The notes: generated by a model from the letters alone, not told the origin. A stretch of 64,000 bases of DNA from an uncultured Pseudomonadota bacterium (GCA_913060515.1 CAJXRZ010000027.1:6049-70048), one strand, 5' to 3'. Counted from the stretch's first letter, positions 53,125-62,595 are shown. Made by a program: numbers and translations.

Positions 53125-53374
53125 CCGCGGGCTCCATGCGGCGCCGAAGCACAGCCATCAGGTCGGCCACGGTCTCAATGCCCTGCTCATCGCCCTCTTC
53201 GAGCATGACCTTGAAGTGGTTCTCGAGCTCGACCACCAGGGTGAGCATGCGGATCGAATCCAGGGCCATCGCTTCGACCAAGCGGGTCTGGGGCTCGATG
53301 GGCTCCTCGTGCTGCAGGTGCTCGGCGGCGACCTGGCGGATGCCGTCCAAGAGGGTCTGGTCACTCACTGGCAT
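53117..53374 (-). CDS. acyl carrier protein
   Basis: ALDSIRMLTLVVELENHF phosphopantetheine site; start 53374 or 53368. Confidence 0.88.
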   Translation of the reverse strand: MPVSDQTLLDGIRQVAAEHLQHEEPIEPQTRLVEAMALDSIRMLTLVVELENHFKVMLEEGDEQGIETVADLMAVLRRRMEPAGA

Positions 53375-53951
53375 TGGCGTCGTCCTTGCTGCTGGCGGGT
53401 ACGAAGCGGCGCCGGTCCCCCATGCGCGCCTCATAGTCACAGGCCTTGGATAGGGCCTCTTCCTCCACGCCGATGCGAACGCGGAGCAAGAAGAAGTTGG
53501 CCACACCCCAGACCAGCGCCGTGATCCAGGCTCCATGCATGAGGGGCAAAATGGCCAGTTCAATGACCACAGCGACGTAGTTGGGGTGCCGCAGGAAGCG
53601 GTAGGGCCCACCGACCTCGGCTGGGAAATCGGGCACGACAATGACGCGCGTATTCCAGCGCCCGCGCAGGGAAGTGATGGCCCAGTACCGCAAGCCCATC
53701 GTTCCCACCAGAGCGGCAAAACAGAGGGCGAAGAGCCATGGCACGAAGGGACGGTCCAGCAGGAAGACCTCGGCGGGTGCGGCAAAGAGGAAGCTGGTGT
53801 GCAGCGCCTTCATCACGCCGAAGTGGCCCTGGCCGTACTCCTTGCCCCCCTTGTCAAAAGCCGCCTGAGCGTTGCGCTTGGAGATGCGCAGCTCCACCAG
53901 GCGCTCGATGGCGACCAGGGCGATGATCCCCAAGTAGAGCCAATGCGTCAC
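53361..53951 (-). CDS. isoprenylcysteine carboxyl methyltransferase family protein (SrsB/BpsB-like)
   Basis: RLVELRISKRN, WNTRV, GPYRFLRHPNY, RIGVEE; GTGA coupling to the PKS stop. Confidence 0.88.
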   Translation of the reverse strand: MTHWLYLGIIALVAIERLVELRISKRNAQAAFDKGGKEYGQGHFGVMKALHTSFLFAAPAEVFLLDRPFVPWLFALCFAALVGTMGLRYWAITSLRGRWNTRVIVVPDFPAEVGGPYRFLRHPNYVAVVIELAILPLMHGAWITALVWGVANFFLLRVRIGVEEEALSKACDYEARMGDRRRFVPASSKDDANASE

Positions 53952-55015
53952 CACTGGATCAGCACCAACTCGGAGCAGAACGCGGGACCCATGGCGAGCA
54001 TGAGTCCGAGGGTGCCGGCTGGCGGTCGGTGCTCTGGGGCCATGGTGTCCCGGAGCACCAGCAGAACCGAGCTGGAGGAGAGATTCCCGACTTGCGCCAG
54101 GCTGTCCCAGGTCAGCTGAAAAGCACTTCTTGGACGCTCCAAGGCGCTCTCGAAGGCCAGGAGCACTTTGGGCCCTCCGGGGTGGCACACAAAGGAGTCG
54201 ATCTGCTCAAGCTCCAGGCCATGCTCAGAGAGGAAGCTGTCCACATCTCCACGCAGGTGCTCGGCGACCACCTTGGGCACGTCTGCCGAGAGCACAATCT
54301 TGAAGCCGCTCTCCGAGATGTCCCAGCCCATCACCCGCTCGGTCTCGGGATAGAAGACGGAGCGCGAAGCCAGAATCTTAGGACCGGAGATTTGCGCCTT
54401 CTCCGCTACCTTTTCCCCACAGACCACCGCACAAGCGGCGCCGTCTCCGAAGAGCCCACTGGAGATGAGGTTGGGGATGCTCAGGTCACCCCGCTGCAGC
54501 GTGAGCGAACAGAGCTCCACCGAGAGCAAGAGCGCGGTCTGCTCTGGATAGGCTTTGACGTAGTCCGCCGCCCGCGCGACCCCTGCAGCCCCTGCCACAC
54601 AACCCAAGCCGAACATGGGGATTCGCTTGAGGTGCCGCGGAAGCTCCGGGATGCGGTTCATGATGCGCGCCTCGATGCTTGGCGTCGCAATGCCCGTCAC
54701 ACTGGTGAAGAAGATGGCCCCAATGGTGCTGGGGTCTACGCCGCTGCGCGCCAAGGCGTCTCGAACGGCCCTCTCGCCCACATCCTGGGCCACTTCAATC
54801 CAGGCATCATTGGCTGACCCGAAGCCGTCGAGCTGCTCATAACCCTCCAGCGAGAGCGCCAAGTGTCGGCCGCCAACCAGCACATTTCGATGGATACGCT
54901 CCAAGCGCGCCATGTTGTGGTGGCGCTGCCCCCAGATCTTGCGAAAGGCCTCGATGAGCTGGTCTTGGTCGTAGTAGTGGGTCGGGAAGGCCTGACCAAC
55001 AGCGGCAATCTGCAT
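53948..55015 (-). CDS. type III polyketide synthase
   Basis: Cys-His-Asn triad motifs FGLGCVAG, CHPGGPKV, GNLSS; LFGDGA; AMGPAF. Confidence 0.93.
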   Translation of the reverse strand: MQIAAVGQAFPTHYYDQDQLIEAFRKIWGQRHHNMARLERIHRNVLVGGRHLALSLEGYEQLDGFGSANDAWIEVAQDVGERAVRDALARSGVDPSTIGAIFFTSVTGIATPSIEARIMNRIPELPRHLKRIPMFGLGCVAGAAGVARAADYVKAYPEQTALLLSVELCSLTLQRGDLSIPNLISSGLFGDGAACAVVCGEKVAEKAQISGPKILASRSVFYPETERVMGWDISESGFKIVLSADVPKVVAEHLRGDVDSFLSEHGLELEQIDSFVCHPGGPKVLLAFESALERPRSAFQLTWDSLAQVGNLSSSSVLLVLRDTMAPEHRPPAGTLGLMLAMGPAFCSELVLIQW

Positions 55016-55154
55016 GGGCTTTCTCGCCCTCCTGGCTGCTTTTGATGCCCCCTAACCACGCACGTCGCAGTGGGGGCTGAACCGCGGGCTCTTGCCACTG
55101 CGGCTTTGCGCTTGCCGTGGCGCTCCGCTCAATCAAAGAATAGAATGGCGTTAG

Positions 55155-55168
55155 TTACGCGAGCGTAA
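55155..55168. promoter_or_regulatory. 6-2-6 palindrome just downstream of a TAGAAT -10-like box
   Basis: TTACGC-GA-GCGTAA; TAGAAT at 55141-55146. Confidence 0.45.
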
Positions 55169-55192
55169 GCGCGCGAGCGCCCGAGAGGACCG

Positions 55193-56167
55193 ATGAGCAA
55201 GAAAGCCCCATGGCTAAGGAAAGTGGCCGCGGCCGGGAAGGACTTCCATTCCAGGAAGCAGGACCCTACGCGACACAATCGGATCAACCTGCTCTCTGCA
55301 GCCGCCATTTGGGGATCGGTTGTGGCCATCTTCGCTCTGGGCGCGCTGGTTCCAGATCCCTTCAAGGTGCTCTGGATGATTCCAGCCGGGCTGCTCTTGG
55401 GATGCATCTTCTTAGGACACTTCGTCCTGATCGTGCACGAGTGCAGCCACAACATGTTCCTTCTCAGCGAAGACCGCGAGAAACAAGCACGGTTGAACCA
55501 CCGCATTGGTCGCTTCACCGCCGGCATGATGTTCACCGACTACGTGCGCCACTGGGAAGAGGGCCACAACATCCACCACACCCGCCCGTGTGAGGACGAC
55601 GACCCCCAGGACAAAGAGCCCCTCACCGGCAAGGAGCTCTACATCAAGTGGGCCAAGATCTGGCTCATCCCCTTCTACGTGATGGTCACCAACCCCTCCA
55701 ATCAGTACGGCTTCAACCCACGCCGTATCGCCGGAGGCATCGCCTTTTTCGCCCCCTTCGTCGCCCTGGCTTGGCTGGCGGTAGGCTGGCAGGGCGCCCT
55801 GGCCATCTACATCGGCTTTAGCTTCCTGAGCACCCTGAACTTCGTGAAGAAGGCCCAGGAGCACGGCGGCGGACTCAAGTACGAGCCCCTGCCCATCCTT
55901 CGCTCTCGGACCTACCTGTACCCGCTGGCGTTCTTCACCAGCCCCTTCAACATCAACTACCACTTCGAGCACCACGCAAACTGCAACGTGCCCTGGTATT
56001 TGCTGCCCCAGTACCACGCCAAGCTGGTCGAGCTGGTGCCCGAGCCGCTGCGTCCCTACTACTTCCACAGTGAGTTCTGGAAGCAGATTGCCGGCAACAA
56101 GCCCCTGCCCCCCGAAGAGCTGCGCGGCCTGATCTTCTTGGAAGGAAAGGCCCAAGCCGGCAAGTGA
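55193..56167 (+). CDS. membrane fatty acid desaturase family protein
   Basis: His boxes HECSH, HNIHH, HFEHH plus EH; VPWYLLP. Confidence 0.88.
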   Translation: MSKKAPWLRKVAAAGKDFHSRKQDPTRHNRINLLSAAAIWGSVVAIFALGALVPDPFKVLWMIPAGLLLGCIFLGHFVLIVHECSHNMFLLSEDREKQARLNHRIGRFTAGMMFTDYVRHWEEGHNIHHTRPCEDDDPQDKEPLTGKELYIKWAKIWLIPFYVMVTNPSNQYGFNPRRIAGGIAFFAPFVALAWLAVGWQGALAIYIGFSFLSTLNFVKKAQEHGGGLKYEPLPILRSRTYLYPLAFFTSPFNINYHFEHHANCNVPWYLLPQYHAKLVELVPEPLRPYYFHSEFWKQIAGNKPLPPEELRGLIFLEGKAQAGK

Positions 56168-56190
56168 TTCACCTGTTGTTTTAGGTAGAT

Positions 56191-56224
56191 AAAGAGTCCT
56201 CGTTCCCACGGGGGCTTTTCTTTT
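56191..56224 (+). terminator. intrinsic terminator after the desaturase
   Basis: AAGAGUCCUCGU-UCCC-ACGGGGGCUUUU followed by CUUUU. Confidence 0.75.
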
Positions 56225-56233
56225 GGGTGCTTC

Positions 56234-56271
56234 AACTAAAGATTACGTTGGCACCAACGAAGACTTTAGTT
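56234..56271. promoter_or_regulatory. double operator (inverted pair of 17-nt boxes) upstream of blaI-like gene
   Basis: AACTAAAGATTACGTTG-GCAC-CAACGAAGACTTTAGTT, arms 14/17 complementary. Confidence 0.7.
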
Positions 56272-56302
56272 ACAAATGCGAGGCCAGACTGGAGCTGTCC
56301 TT

Positions 56303-56662
56303 GTGCCAAAGCTGTTGACCGACGCTGAGCTTGATCTGATGGAGGTGCTCTGGCGCTGCGGCCCTCAGTCCGCCCGCCAGGCCCACGGTGAGCTGGCCGA
56401 TGCCCGCGCGCTGACCACTGTGTCCACCATCCTGCGCATCCTGGCGGACAAGGACTTTGTCGAAGTGCAGGCCCAAGGTCGCTCCCACAGCTACGCGCCC
56501 CTGCTCACCAAGGGCGCCTACCGACGCCGGCAGCTCAAGCACGTGATCGGCACCCTCTTCGAGGGCAGCGCGAGCGCCCTGGTTCGAGAGCTGGTCGAAG
56601 ACGGGGAGCTGGATGCCGGGGAGCTGGCCCGACTGCAGGCCCTGATCGAAGGAGAGGAGTGA
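56303..56662 (+). CDS. BlaI/MecI/CopY family transcriptional repressor
   Basis: LTDAELDLMEVLW, TTVSTILRILADK, GRSHSY, FEGSASAL; GGAG before GTG 56303. Confidence 0.9.
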   Translation: MPKLLTDAELDLMEVLWRCGPQSARQAHGELADARALTTVSTILRILADKDFVEVQAQGRSHSYAPLLTKGAYRRRQLKHVIGTLFEGSASALVRELVEDGELDAGELARLQALIEGEE

Positions 56663-58080
56663 TGCTGCGCAGCTTTCTCCTTCTTCAGATCCTGCTCTTG
56701 CCCCTGGCCCTGACCGCCTGGCTCTTGCTGCGCTCCGGGGGTGGACGCGCGGCCCTCTTGGGCATGCGTGGGCTGCTCACGACGGCCGTCTTGGCCTCGC
56801 TTGGGCTGGGATTGCTGAGCTCCGCCAGCCCACCTCCCATCCCTGAGCCGGTGCCCGCAGTGCACGCGCAGGTGGATGCCACTGCTCCCAGCGCCTTCGT
56901 CACGCCCATGGCGCCTGCCACTCCCCTGCCCTCGCTGCCCACCTGGCCCCTGGCCTTGCTGCCCCTCTTGGGTCTGGGCTTGGCCCACAACACCTTGAAG
57001 CGCCGCGTCGCCCGCCAAACTTTGTCCCGCACCTTGGGCAAGGTTGAGCTGCGCACAGGAGGCAGCGCGTGGTCGGCCTGGCTGCCCGGTCGCCGGGTGG
57101 TGGTCCTCAACCCCGAGCAGAGCGCCCAGGACCGCGCCCTCACTCTGCGCCACGAGCTGCAGCACCACCGCCAAGGCGACCCCCAGTGGGCCTGGCTGCT
57201 GCTCGGCTTGCAGGTCCTCTGCTTCCTGAATCCAGCGGTGCACTTGCTGGCCCGCAGCCTGCGCGCCCTTGAGGAGCTGGCCTGCGATGCGGCTCTGCTC
57301 GAGCGCGGCACCTCCCCAAAGGCCTACGGCCGCGCGCTGCTCCGTGCGGCGAGCGCACACCCAGCTCCCCTGGCCATCGCATTCCACACTCCCACACTGC
57401 TCGAGGGTCGATTGACCATGCTGAAGAAACGACAGAACCGAAAGATGCCTTGGCTCCTCTCTCTTGGACTGCTGGTTGGGAGCGGCGTGGCCGTCGCCGC
57501 CGAGCTGGCGGTGCCACATGTGCAGGCCACATCGCGCTTTGAGGTGCCCGAGCACCCCGTGATGGACCAAGCCCGGGTGCGCCTGGATGGAGAGATGGTC
57601 AACTTCATGACCCAAGGGCTGGAGCGCTACCCCCAGTGGGCGCCGATGGTGCACGCTGAGCTGCAAGCCTGGGGCCTCCCCCCCGAGCTGGCCGCAGTCC
57701 CCCTGATCGAGTCCGGCTACCAGAACCTGGGCTCCTACAATCCAGGTGAGTCGGCTGCGCCAGGGGTACCCGGCAAGGGTCTGTGGATGTTCATTCCCAG
57801 CACCGCGCGCACCTACGGCCTGCGGGTCAACCCCGAGCAGGACCAGCGCCTGGACCCCGTCATGGAGACCCGTGCGGCGGCCGCACTGCTCAGCGACCTG
57901 CACACGGAGTTCGAGGACTGGGGCCTGGCCTTGGCCGGCTACAACCAAGGCAGCACCCACGTGCGGGACGCCATCGAGAGCCAAGGCACCAATGACTGGG
58001 CCACCTTGGTCGAGAGCGGCGCCCTAAACCGCTACTCCACCCTGGTCTTTGCCGCCTCGGAGAAGCTGCCGGAGCAGTAG
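56659..58080 (+). CDS. BlaR1-like M56 metallopeptidase fused to an MltD-like lytic transglycosylase
   Basis: RHELQH, NPAVH, EELACD, YGRAL; IESGY, GLWMFIPSTARTYGL, DQRLDP, AGYNQG. Confidence 0.87.
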   Translation: MMLRSFLLLQILLLPLALTAWLLLRSGGGRAALLGMRGLLTTAVLASLGLGLLSSASPPPIPEPVPAVHAQVDATAPSAFVTPMAPATPLPSLPTWPLALLPLLGLGLAHNTLKRRVARQTLSRTLGKVELRTGGSAWSAWLPGRRVVVLNPEQSAQDRALTLRHELQHHRQGDPQWAWLLLGLQVLCFLNPAVHLLARSLRALEELACDAALLERGTSPKAYGRALLRAASAHPAPLAIAFHTPTLLEGRLTMLKKRQNRKMPWLLSLGLLVGSGVAVAAELAVPHVQATSRFEVPEHPVMDQARVRLDGEMVNFMTQGLERYPQWAPMVHAELQAWGLPPELAAVPLIESGYQNLGSYNPGESAAPGVPGKGLWMFIPSTARTYGLRVNPEQDQRLDPVMETRAAAALLSDLHTEFEDWGLALAGYNQGSTHVRDAIESQGTNDWATLVESGALNRYSTLVFAASEKLPEQ

Positions 58081-58085
58081 CGGTC

Positions 58086-59303
58086 CTAGGCGCGGTCCAT
58101 CACCTTGCGGGCTGCGCCTTCGTCGAACTCCAGGCCCGAGGCCTTGAACTGGCACAGGGCCGCTGCAGCGTGCTCCAAGCTCTGGGCGAACTGTCCTTTT
58201 TCAAGCAGGCGCTCAGCCAGGAGCACACGCGCTCTGGCCGCCCAGACCCGGTCCCCAGTGAGCTCTTCAACAGCGCGCTCCACATCGGAGGCCATCACGG
58301 CCTGGCCTTGGGCACCAAAGCCCAAGCGGGCCCGCTCCAAGCGGATTCGGCCGCTCAAGAAGGGCGCTCCGGCCTGCTCCGCCAACAACAAGGCGCTGTC
58401 CAGGTCGGCGTGTCCCGCCTCCGAACCTGCCATGGCCCGGCAGGAGCCGCGTACCCGGCGCAAGCGCGCCTCCAGCAGCACCATCTCGCGCTCCGTGGCG
58501 TAGGCCACGCCCTTGTCCAACCAGCCGGGCAGGAAGGTCAGTGCGCCACGCTGAGTGGCCAGCTCGGCGCGCAGAGCGAGCACCTCCAGGCGACCGACGT
58601 AGCGCCCGCACTCCTCCCATCCCTCATCGGCGGCCTGGAGCAGCAGCTCGGCGTCATCATAGCGGCCACGCAGCAAGGCGAGCTGGGCCAGCTGGGTGAT
58701 GGCGGCGGCGACGGCGCCTTGGGCTTGAGGCTGGCCGGAGAGGCTGTCGGCCAAGGCCGCCAAGGTGACCTCGCAGGCGTCCAGGTGCCCTTCCAAGCGC
58801 TCCAAGCGGGCCCGTCGAAAGCGCGCGGCCAGCGCTCCTGGGCCGGGACCCATGTTCTCCAGCTCCAGGACCACCTCGCCCAAGCCCAGTCGGTCTCCCC
58901 GCGTGGCCAGGGTGGCCGCCAGGGTGTCCAGGGCCATGGCGCGAAGAGGGCCCTGCGTGTCCTGAAGCACCGCGCGCACCCGCACCTCGGCGCTCTGCAG
59001 GTGTCCGGTGTCCAAGAGCAGCGCCGATGACTGGATGCGCAACAAGCTGCGCTGGGTGTCATCGGGGTTCGAAGCCAAGCCCTTCTCCAAGGCCTGGAGG
59101 GCCTGCCGGGGCTGGTCTGCCCGGCGCAGGACATCGGCCAAACGCACCCAGGCGTCCAGCTCCAAGGCCGCGTGGCCCTGTTCCGCGGCAGCGCGTTGAA
59201 GGGACTGCCAGGCCTGAGCTGCGCCCGCCCAGTCCGAGGCCTCTTGGCGGTCGAGACCGGCCTGGACCACGCCGCGCAGAGCTTCGGGCACGCCTTGGGC
59301 CAT
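58086..59303 (-). CDS. TPR-like alpha-helical repeat protein
   Basis: Ala/Leu-rich helical repeats; AGGAG before ATG 59303. Confidence 0.7.
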   Translation of the reverse strand: MAQGVPEALRGVVQAGLDRQEASDWAGAAQAWQSLQRAAAEQGHAALELDAWVRLADVLRRADQPRQALQALEKGLASNPDDTQRSLLRIQSSALLLDTGHLQSAEVRVRAVLQDTQGPLRAMALDTLAATLATRGDRLGLGEVVLELENMGPGPGALAARFRRARLERLEGHLDACEVTLAALADSLSGQPQAQGAVAAAITQLAQLALLRGRYDDAELLLQAADEGWEECGRYVGRLEVLALRAELATQRGALTFLPGWLDKGVAYATEREMVLLEARLRRVRGSCRAMAGSEAGHADLDSALLLAEQAGAPFLSGRIRLERARLGFGAQGQAVMASDVERAVEELTGDRVWAARARVLLAERLLEKGQFAQSLEHAAAALCQFKASGLEFDEGAARKVMDRA

Positions 59304-60304
59304 TAGAACTCTCCTGTCAGGGCGACGCCCTGTGGGCCCAGTGTGAGCTGTGCAGCGCCAGCACCGACGGCCACCGTACCGACACCGATCAGCCCCAGGC
59401 TGATCCATCGGGCGCGACCAAAGTCTGCGCTGAGCTGGTCGGCTTGGGCGCGGGTCACGGAGCTGGGTGCTGCCCGGGCTGCTTCGATCTCGGCGTAGGC
59501 CGGCTTGACCTGTAGCTGCTGCACTGCAATGCCAGCGCCGAGGGCCGCAACGCCGCCGCCCACCAAGCCGTAGCCCAAGAGCGCCGGGTTGCTCTCACGG
59601 GGCTCCCGGTCCTCTTTGGAGGCGCGGGGTGGCTTGCCCGTGTCCGATCCCGCGGCAGCAAAGGCCGTGTAGTCCGGCTGGGGCAGGCTGCAGGCTCCAG
59701 CGTAGTCGGGAGCATCGCCGTAGACATGCCACCAGCCACGCAGAGTGCCGTCCGGGCAGAGCACCTGAACGAGCTGTCGACCGGCATAGATCAGGTCGTA
59801 GGAGTGCATGAGCTGCCCGGAGACATAGACGCGAACCCCTGGGCTTGCCTCGTCCACGCCAGGCGCGCGCATCTCCTTCTGCTGTGTCTCGGAGCGCAGC
59901 GCCTCGATGAGGTCCAGGGCGTCCACGTCCGTGAGCAGCTCTGCATCGGGCGCATAGGTGGGATCGATGATCAGCGCTCTGCGCCACGCATCCATGGCCG
60001 CGTCGGTCTCTTGGGCCTGCCAGTGCAGCACGCCGCGGTAGAAGTCCAAGCTCGCCGCCTGACGCGCCAGGACCACGCGGTCTCCTGAGATGGCCGCAGC
60101 GTCCGCCGCTTCGATCTTGGCCAGGGCGTCTGCGTCCTGGGCGGCGACAGCCTCTCGCGCAGCTGAGAGCTCCGTGTCAAAGTCCGCAGCCGAGGCGGTG
60201 CTCGAGGCGAGGCCTGAGAGAGTGAAGGCGGCCACAAGGAGGCCGCGCGCTGCTACTCGCAGCCCTGCTGGGACCAGTCCGCATCGATGCTTGAAAGCTG
60301 CCAC
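59303..60304 (-). CDS. secreted/membrane protein with TPR unit and C-terminal hydrophobic hairpin
   Basis: signal-like N-terminus (start uncertain); AMDAWRRALIIDP; two Gly-rich hydrophobic segments. Confidence 0.65.
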   Translation of the reverse strand: MAAFKHRCGLVPAGLRVAARGLLVAAFTLSGLASSTASAADFDTELSAAREAVAAQDADALAKIEAADAAAISGDRVVLARQAASLDFYRGVLHWQAQETDAAMDAWRRALIIDPTYAPDAELLTDVDALDLIEALRSETQQKEMRAPGVDEASPGVRVYVSGQLMHSYDLIYAGRQLVQVLCPDGTLRGWWHVYGDAPDYAGACSLPQPDYTAFAAAGSDTGKPPRASKEDREPRESNPALLGYGLVGGGVAALGAGIAVQQLQVKPAYAEIEAARAAPSSVTRAQADQLSADFGRARWISLGLIGVGTVAVGAGAAQLTLGPQGVALTGEF

Positions 60305-62526
60305 GCGCAGGTCTTTGCCTCTTCGACGTCCAGGGTGCCTCGGGCTGTGGTGCCGCCGGCTGCCGCACGCACCTTCGTGCGCAAGGTGCCCGCGGGGACA
60401 TCGGCCACGTCAATCTGGCCTTGGCCCGAGACTTCCAGCTTGTAACCCATACCGCTGGTCAGGGTAATGACCAACTCCTCACCCTCGGGCAGCTGCAAGC
60501 GCAGGTGCCCCATGCCGTTGGCCGGCGCGATCGAGAGGTCTACCGCTGGGCTCGCCGGCACACTGGGCAGCTCTGGATCCACCACCTCGACGATGGGATC
60601 CACGATGGGCTCAACAGCCTGCTTTTGCAGCCACCACCAACCCAGACCACCGGCGACGACCACCGTACCGATGAAGGCGAAGGCGACGACAGCCAAGACT
60701 GGAGCCATTGAGCGCTTTTTTGCGGGCGCCTGATCTTCTTGGGCTTGAGCTGCATCGGGCTCAGAGTGGCCCTGCTCAAACTGCTCCCGGTCCAAGGTCG
60801 GCGCATCCCCACCGCCCTCCGCGATGGGTGGGGGCGGCGGCTCATCCAAGCTGGCTGGCGTGGCGGAGTGGCGCTCGGTCAGACCCAGCAGGCCGGTCTC
60901 TGGAACCGCGCTCGGTGGCAGGGCCGGGCTCAGTGGCTGGGCCACGCCCTCATCTTGTCTGGCCGCGTCCGCTCTGGGTGGGGGCGTGGGCGCCCTGTTT
61001 GGGATGGAGCGGGGTCCGCTGCTCTCACGGGGGTTGCTGCTCGGAGGCGGCGGCAGCGCGGTCGTAGGTGGTGGGGGCCGCCAAGCTTGTGCCTTCCGTC
61101 CCCCGGGCTCCTCGATGCGCGTGGCTTGTCCTGGGTCGCCCAGATCGGGCATATCCAAGCCTGGTGCGTCTCCCAAGAACTGGGTGGGCATCTCGGCTTC
61201 GTCCAGGAGCTCCACAGCCCGCATGGCCGCTTCCGGGTCCAGGACCGTCTCGGCGTCTTCCACCGGCAGATCCGTGGCGCCCCGCATCAGGGACTCCATC
61301 GGCGGCATGTTGATGGGCCGCCCCTTGGGGCTGCGGTCCACTGGTTTTGGAGGCGGAGCCAGCGGTGCCCTTGGCGCGCCCGTCGGGAGCTGAATGGGGT
61401 CGTCGTCCAGGGGGTAGAAGGTGCGCGCTTCCTGAAGGGGCTGCACGCTCATGGGCACCGGAGAGAGGCCCCCAGGGTTTGCACCGGCACCACCGGCAGA
61501 GGGCAGATCGGCTGCACCCTTCGGCGTTCTCGGAAGCTCCGAGGAGGGCCGGTCCTCGGCCAAGCTCTCGCCCTCGAGGGTTGGGCCCTCTGGAACGTGC
61601 TTGAGGTCCTTCATGGCCTCGCCCACCCAAGTGCGGGCAAAGCGGCGCGGGGCGGCATCCCGCGCCTCGTCCGCCAGGATCTCCATGATGTCTACGACCT
61701 GCGCTGCCGTAGGGCGATGCTCAGGCTCATAGGCCAACATGGCCCGCAGGGTGCCCTTGACCCGGTTGTGCAGCTCAGGGTCCAGAGCGGGCAGCTCCAG
61801 ACTGTCCAGGCGCGCCGTCAGAGACTTCTCGTAGCGGTCCTCGCGCAGGTGCAGCTTGCCGAAGGCGCCACCGGCCAGGATCTCGTAGGCGGTGATGCCC
61901 AGGGAGAAGACGTCGCCGGCGGGGGTGTCCGGCTCGCCCATCAAGCGCTCGGGCGGCATGTAGGCTTGGCTGCCGAAGGCCAAGGCCTGGGTGTGGGCCT
62001 CGCGGGTCTCAAAGTTGGCGCGCGCGGTGCCAAAGTCGAGCAGCTTGATGTCCCCTTCCATCGTCAACATGATGTTGGAGGGCTTTACGTCCCGGTGAAT
62101 GAGGCGCAGCGGCTCACCCCCCTGAAGGGGGCGCTGCTCCCAGGCGGCCCAAAGAGCCTCGGCCACAGCCCCGGTGGCCTCGAAGGCGGTGCGCAGAGAC
62201 ATGCGTTCATTCTTGGCCACCAAGTGGTTGACCAAGGTCTTGAAGTCCACCCCTTCCAGGTACTCCATCACGATGGCGCAGTGGCCCTTGATGGTCGTCA
62301 GGTCTTCGACGCGCACAATGTTTCGATGCCGCAGACGTCCCAGCAGACGCGCCTCATCGCGGGTGCGCTGAATGATCTCGGTGTGCGCAGACCACTTGCC
62401 GTGCAGGACCTTGATCGCCACGACCGAGGAGAAGCCCTCGTCGGTGGTCAACTCGGCCAAATACACCTTGCCAAAGCCGCCAGATGCGAGCTCTTTCAGG
62501 AAGCGGAAGCGACGTCTGGCCGTCAA
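60253..62526 (-). CDS. membrane Ser/Thr protein kinase (Hanks type)
   Basis: GGFGKVY, VAIK, HRNIV, HRDVKPSN, DFG, YMPPE, DVFSLG; Pro-rich linker, TM, extracellular domain; start approximate. Confidence 0.92.
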   Translation of the reverse strand: MTARRRFRFLKELASGGFGKVYLAELTTDEGFSSVVAIKVLHGKWSAHTEIIQRTRDEARLLGRLRHRNIVRVEDLTTIKGHCAIVMEYLEGVDFKTLVNHLVAKNERMSLRTAFEATGAVAEALWAAWEQRPLQGGEPLRLIHRDVKPSNIMLTMEGDIKLLDFGTARANFETREAHTQALAFGSQAYMPPERLMGEPDTPAGDVFSLGITAYEILAGGAFGKLHLREDRYEKSLTARLDSLELPALDPELHNRVKGTLRAMLAYEPEHRPTAAQVVDIMEILADEARDAAPRRFARTWVGEAMKDLKHVPEGPTLEGESLAEDRPSSELPRTPKGAADLPSAGGAGANPGGLSPVPMSVQPLQEARTFYPLDDDPIQLPTGAPRAPLAPPPKPVDRSPKGRPINMPPMESLMRGATDLPVEDAETVLDPEAAMRAVELLDEAEMPTQFLGDAPGLDMPDLGDPGQATRIEEPGGRKAQAWRPPPPTTALPPPPSSNPRESSGPRSIPNRAPTPPPRADAARQDEGVAQPLSPALPPSAVPETGLLGLTERHSATPASLDEPPPPPIAEGGGDAPTLDREQFEQGHSEPDAAQAQEDQAPAKKRSMAPVLAVVAFAFIGTVVVAGGLGWWWLQKQAVEPIVDPIVEVVDPELPSVPASPAVDLSIAPANGMGHLRLQLPEGEELVITLTSGMGYKLEVSGQGQIDVADVPAGTLRTKVRAAAGGTTARGTLDVEEAKTCAWQLSSIDADWSQQGCE

Positions 62527-62595
62527 GAGTGGCCTCGTTCGAGGAAGGGAGTCAGCACGGATCCTGCTGTGGGCGCAAGTATACGCCTGCAGCAC

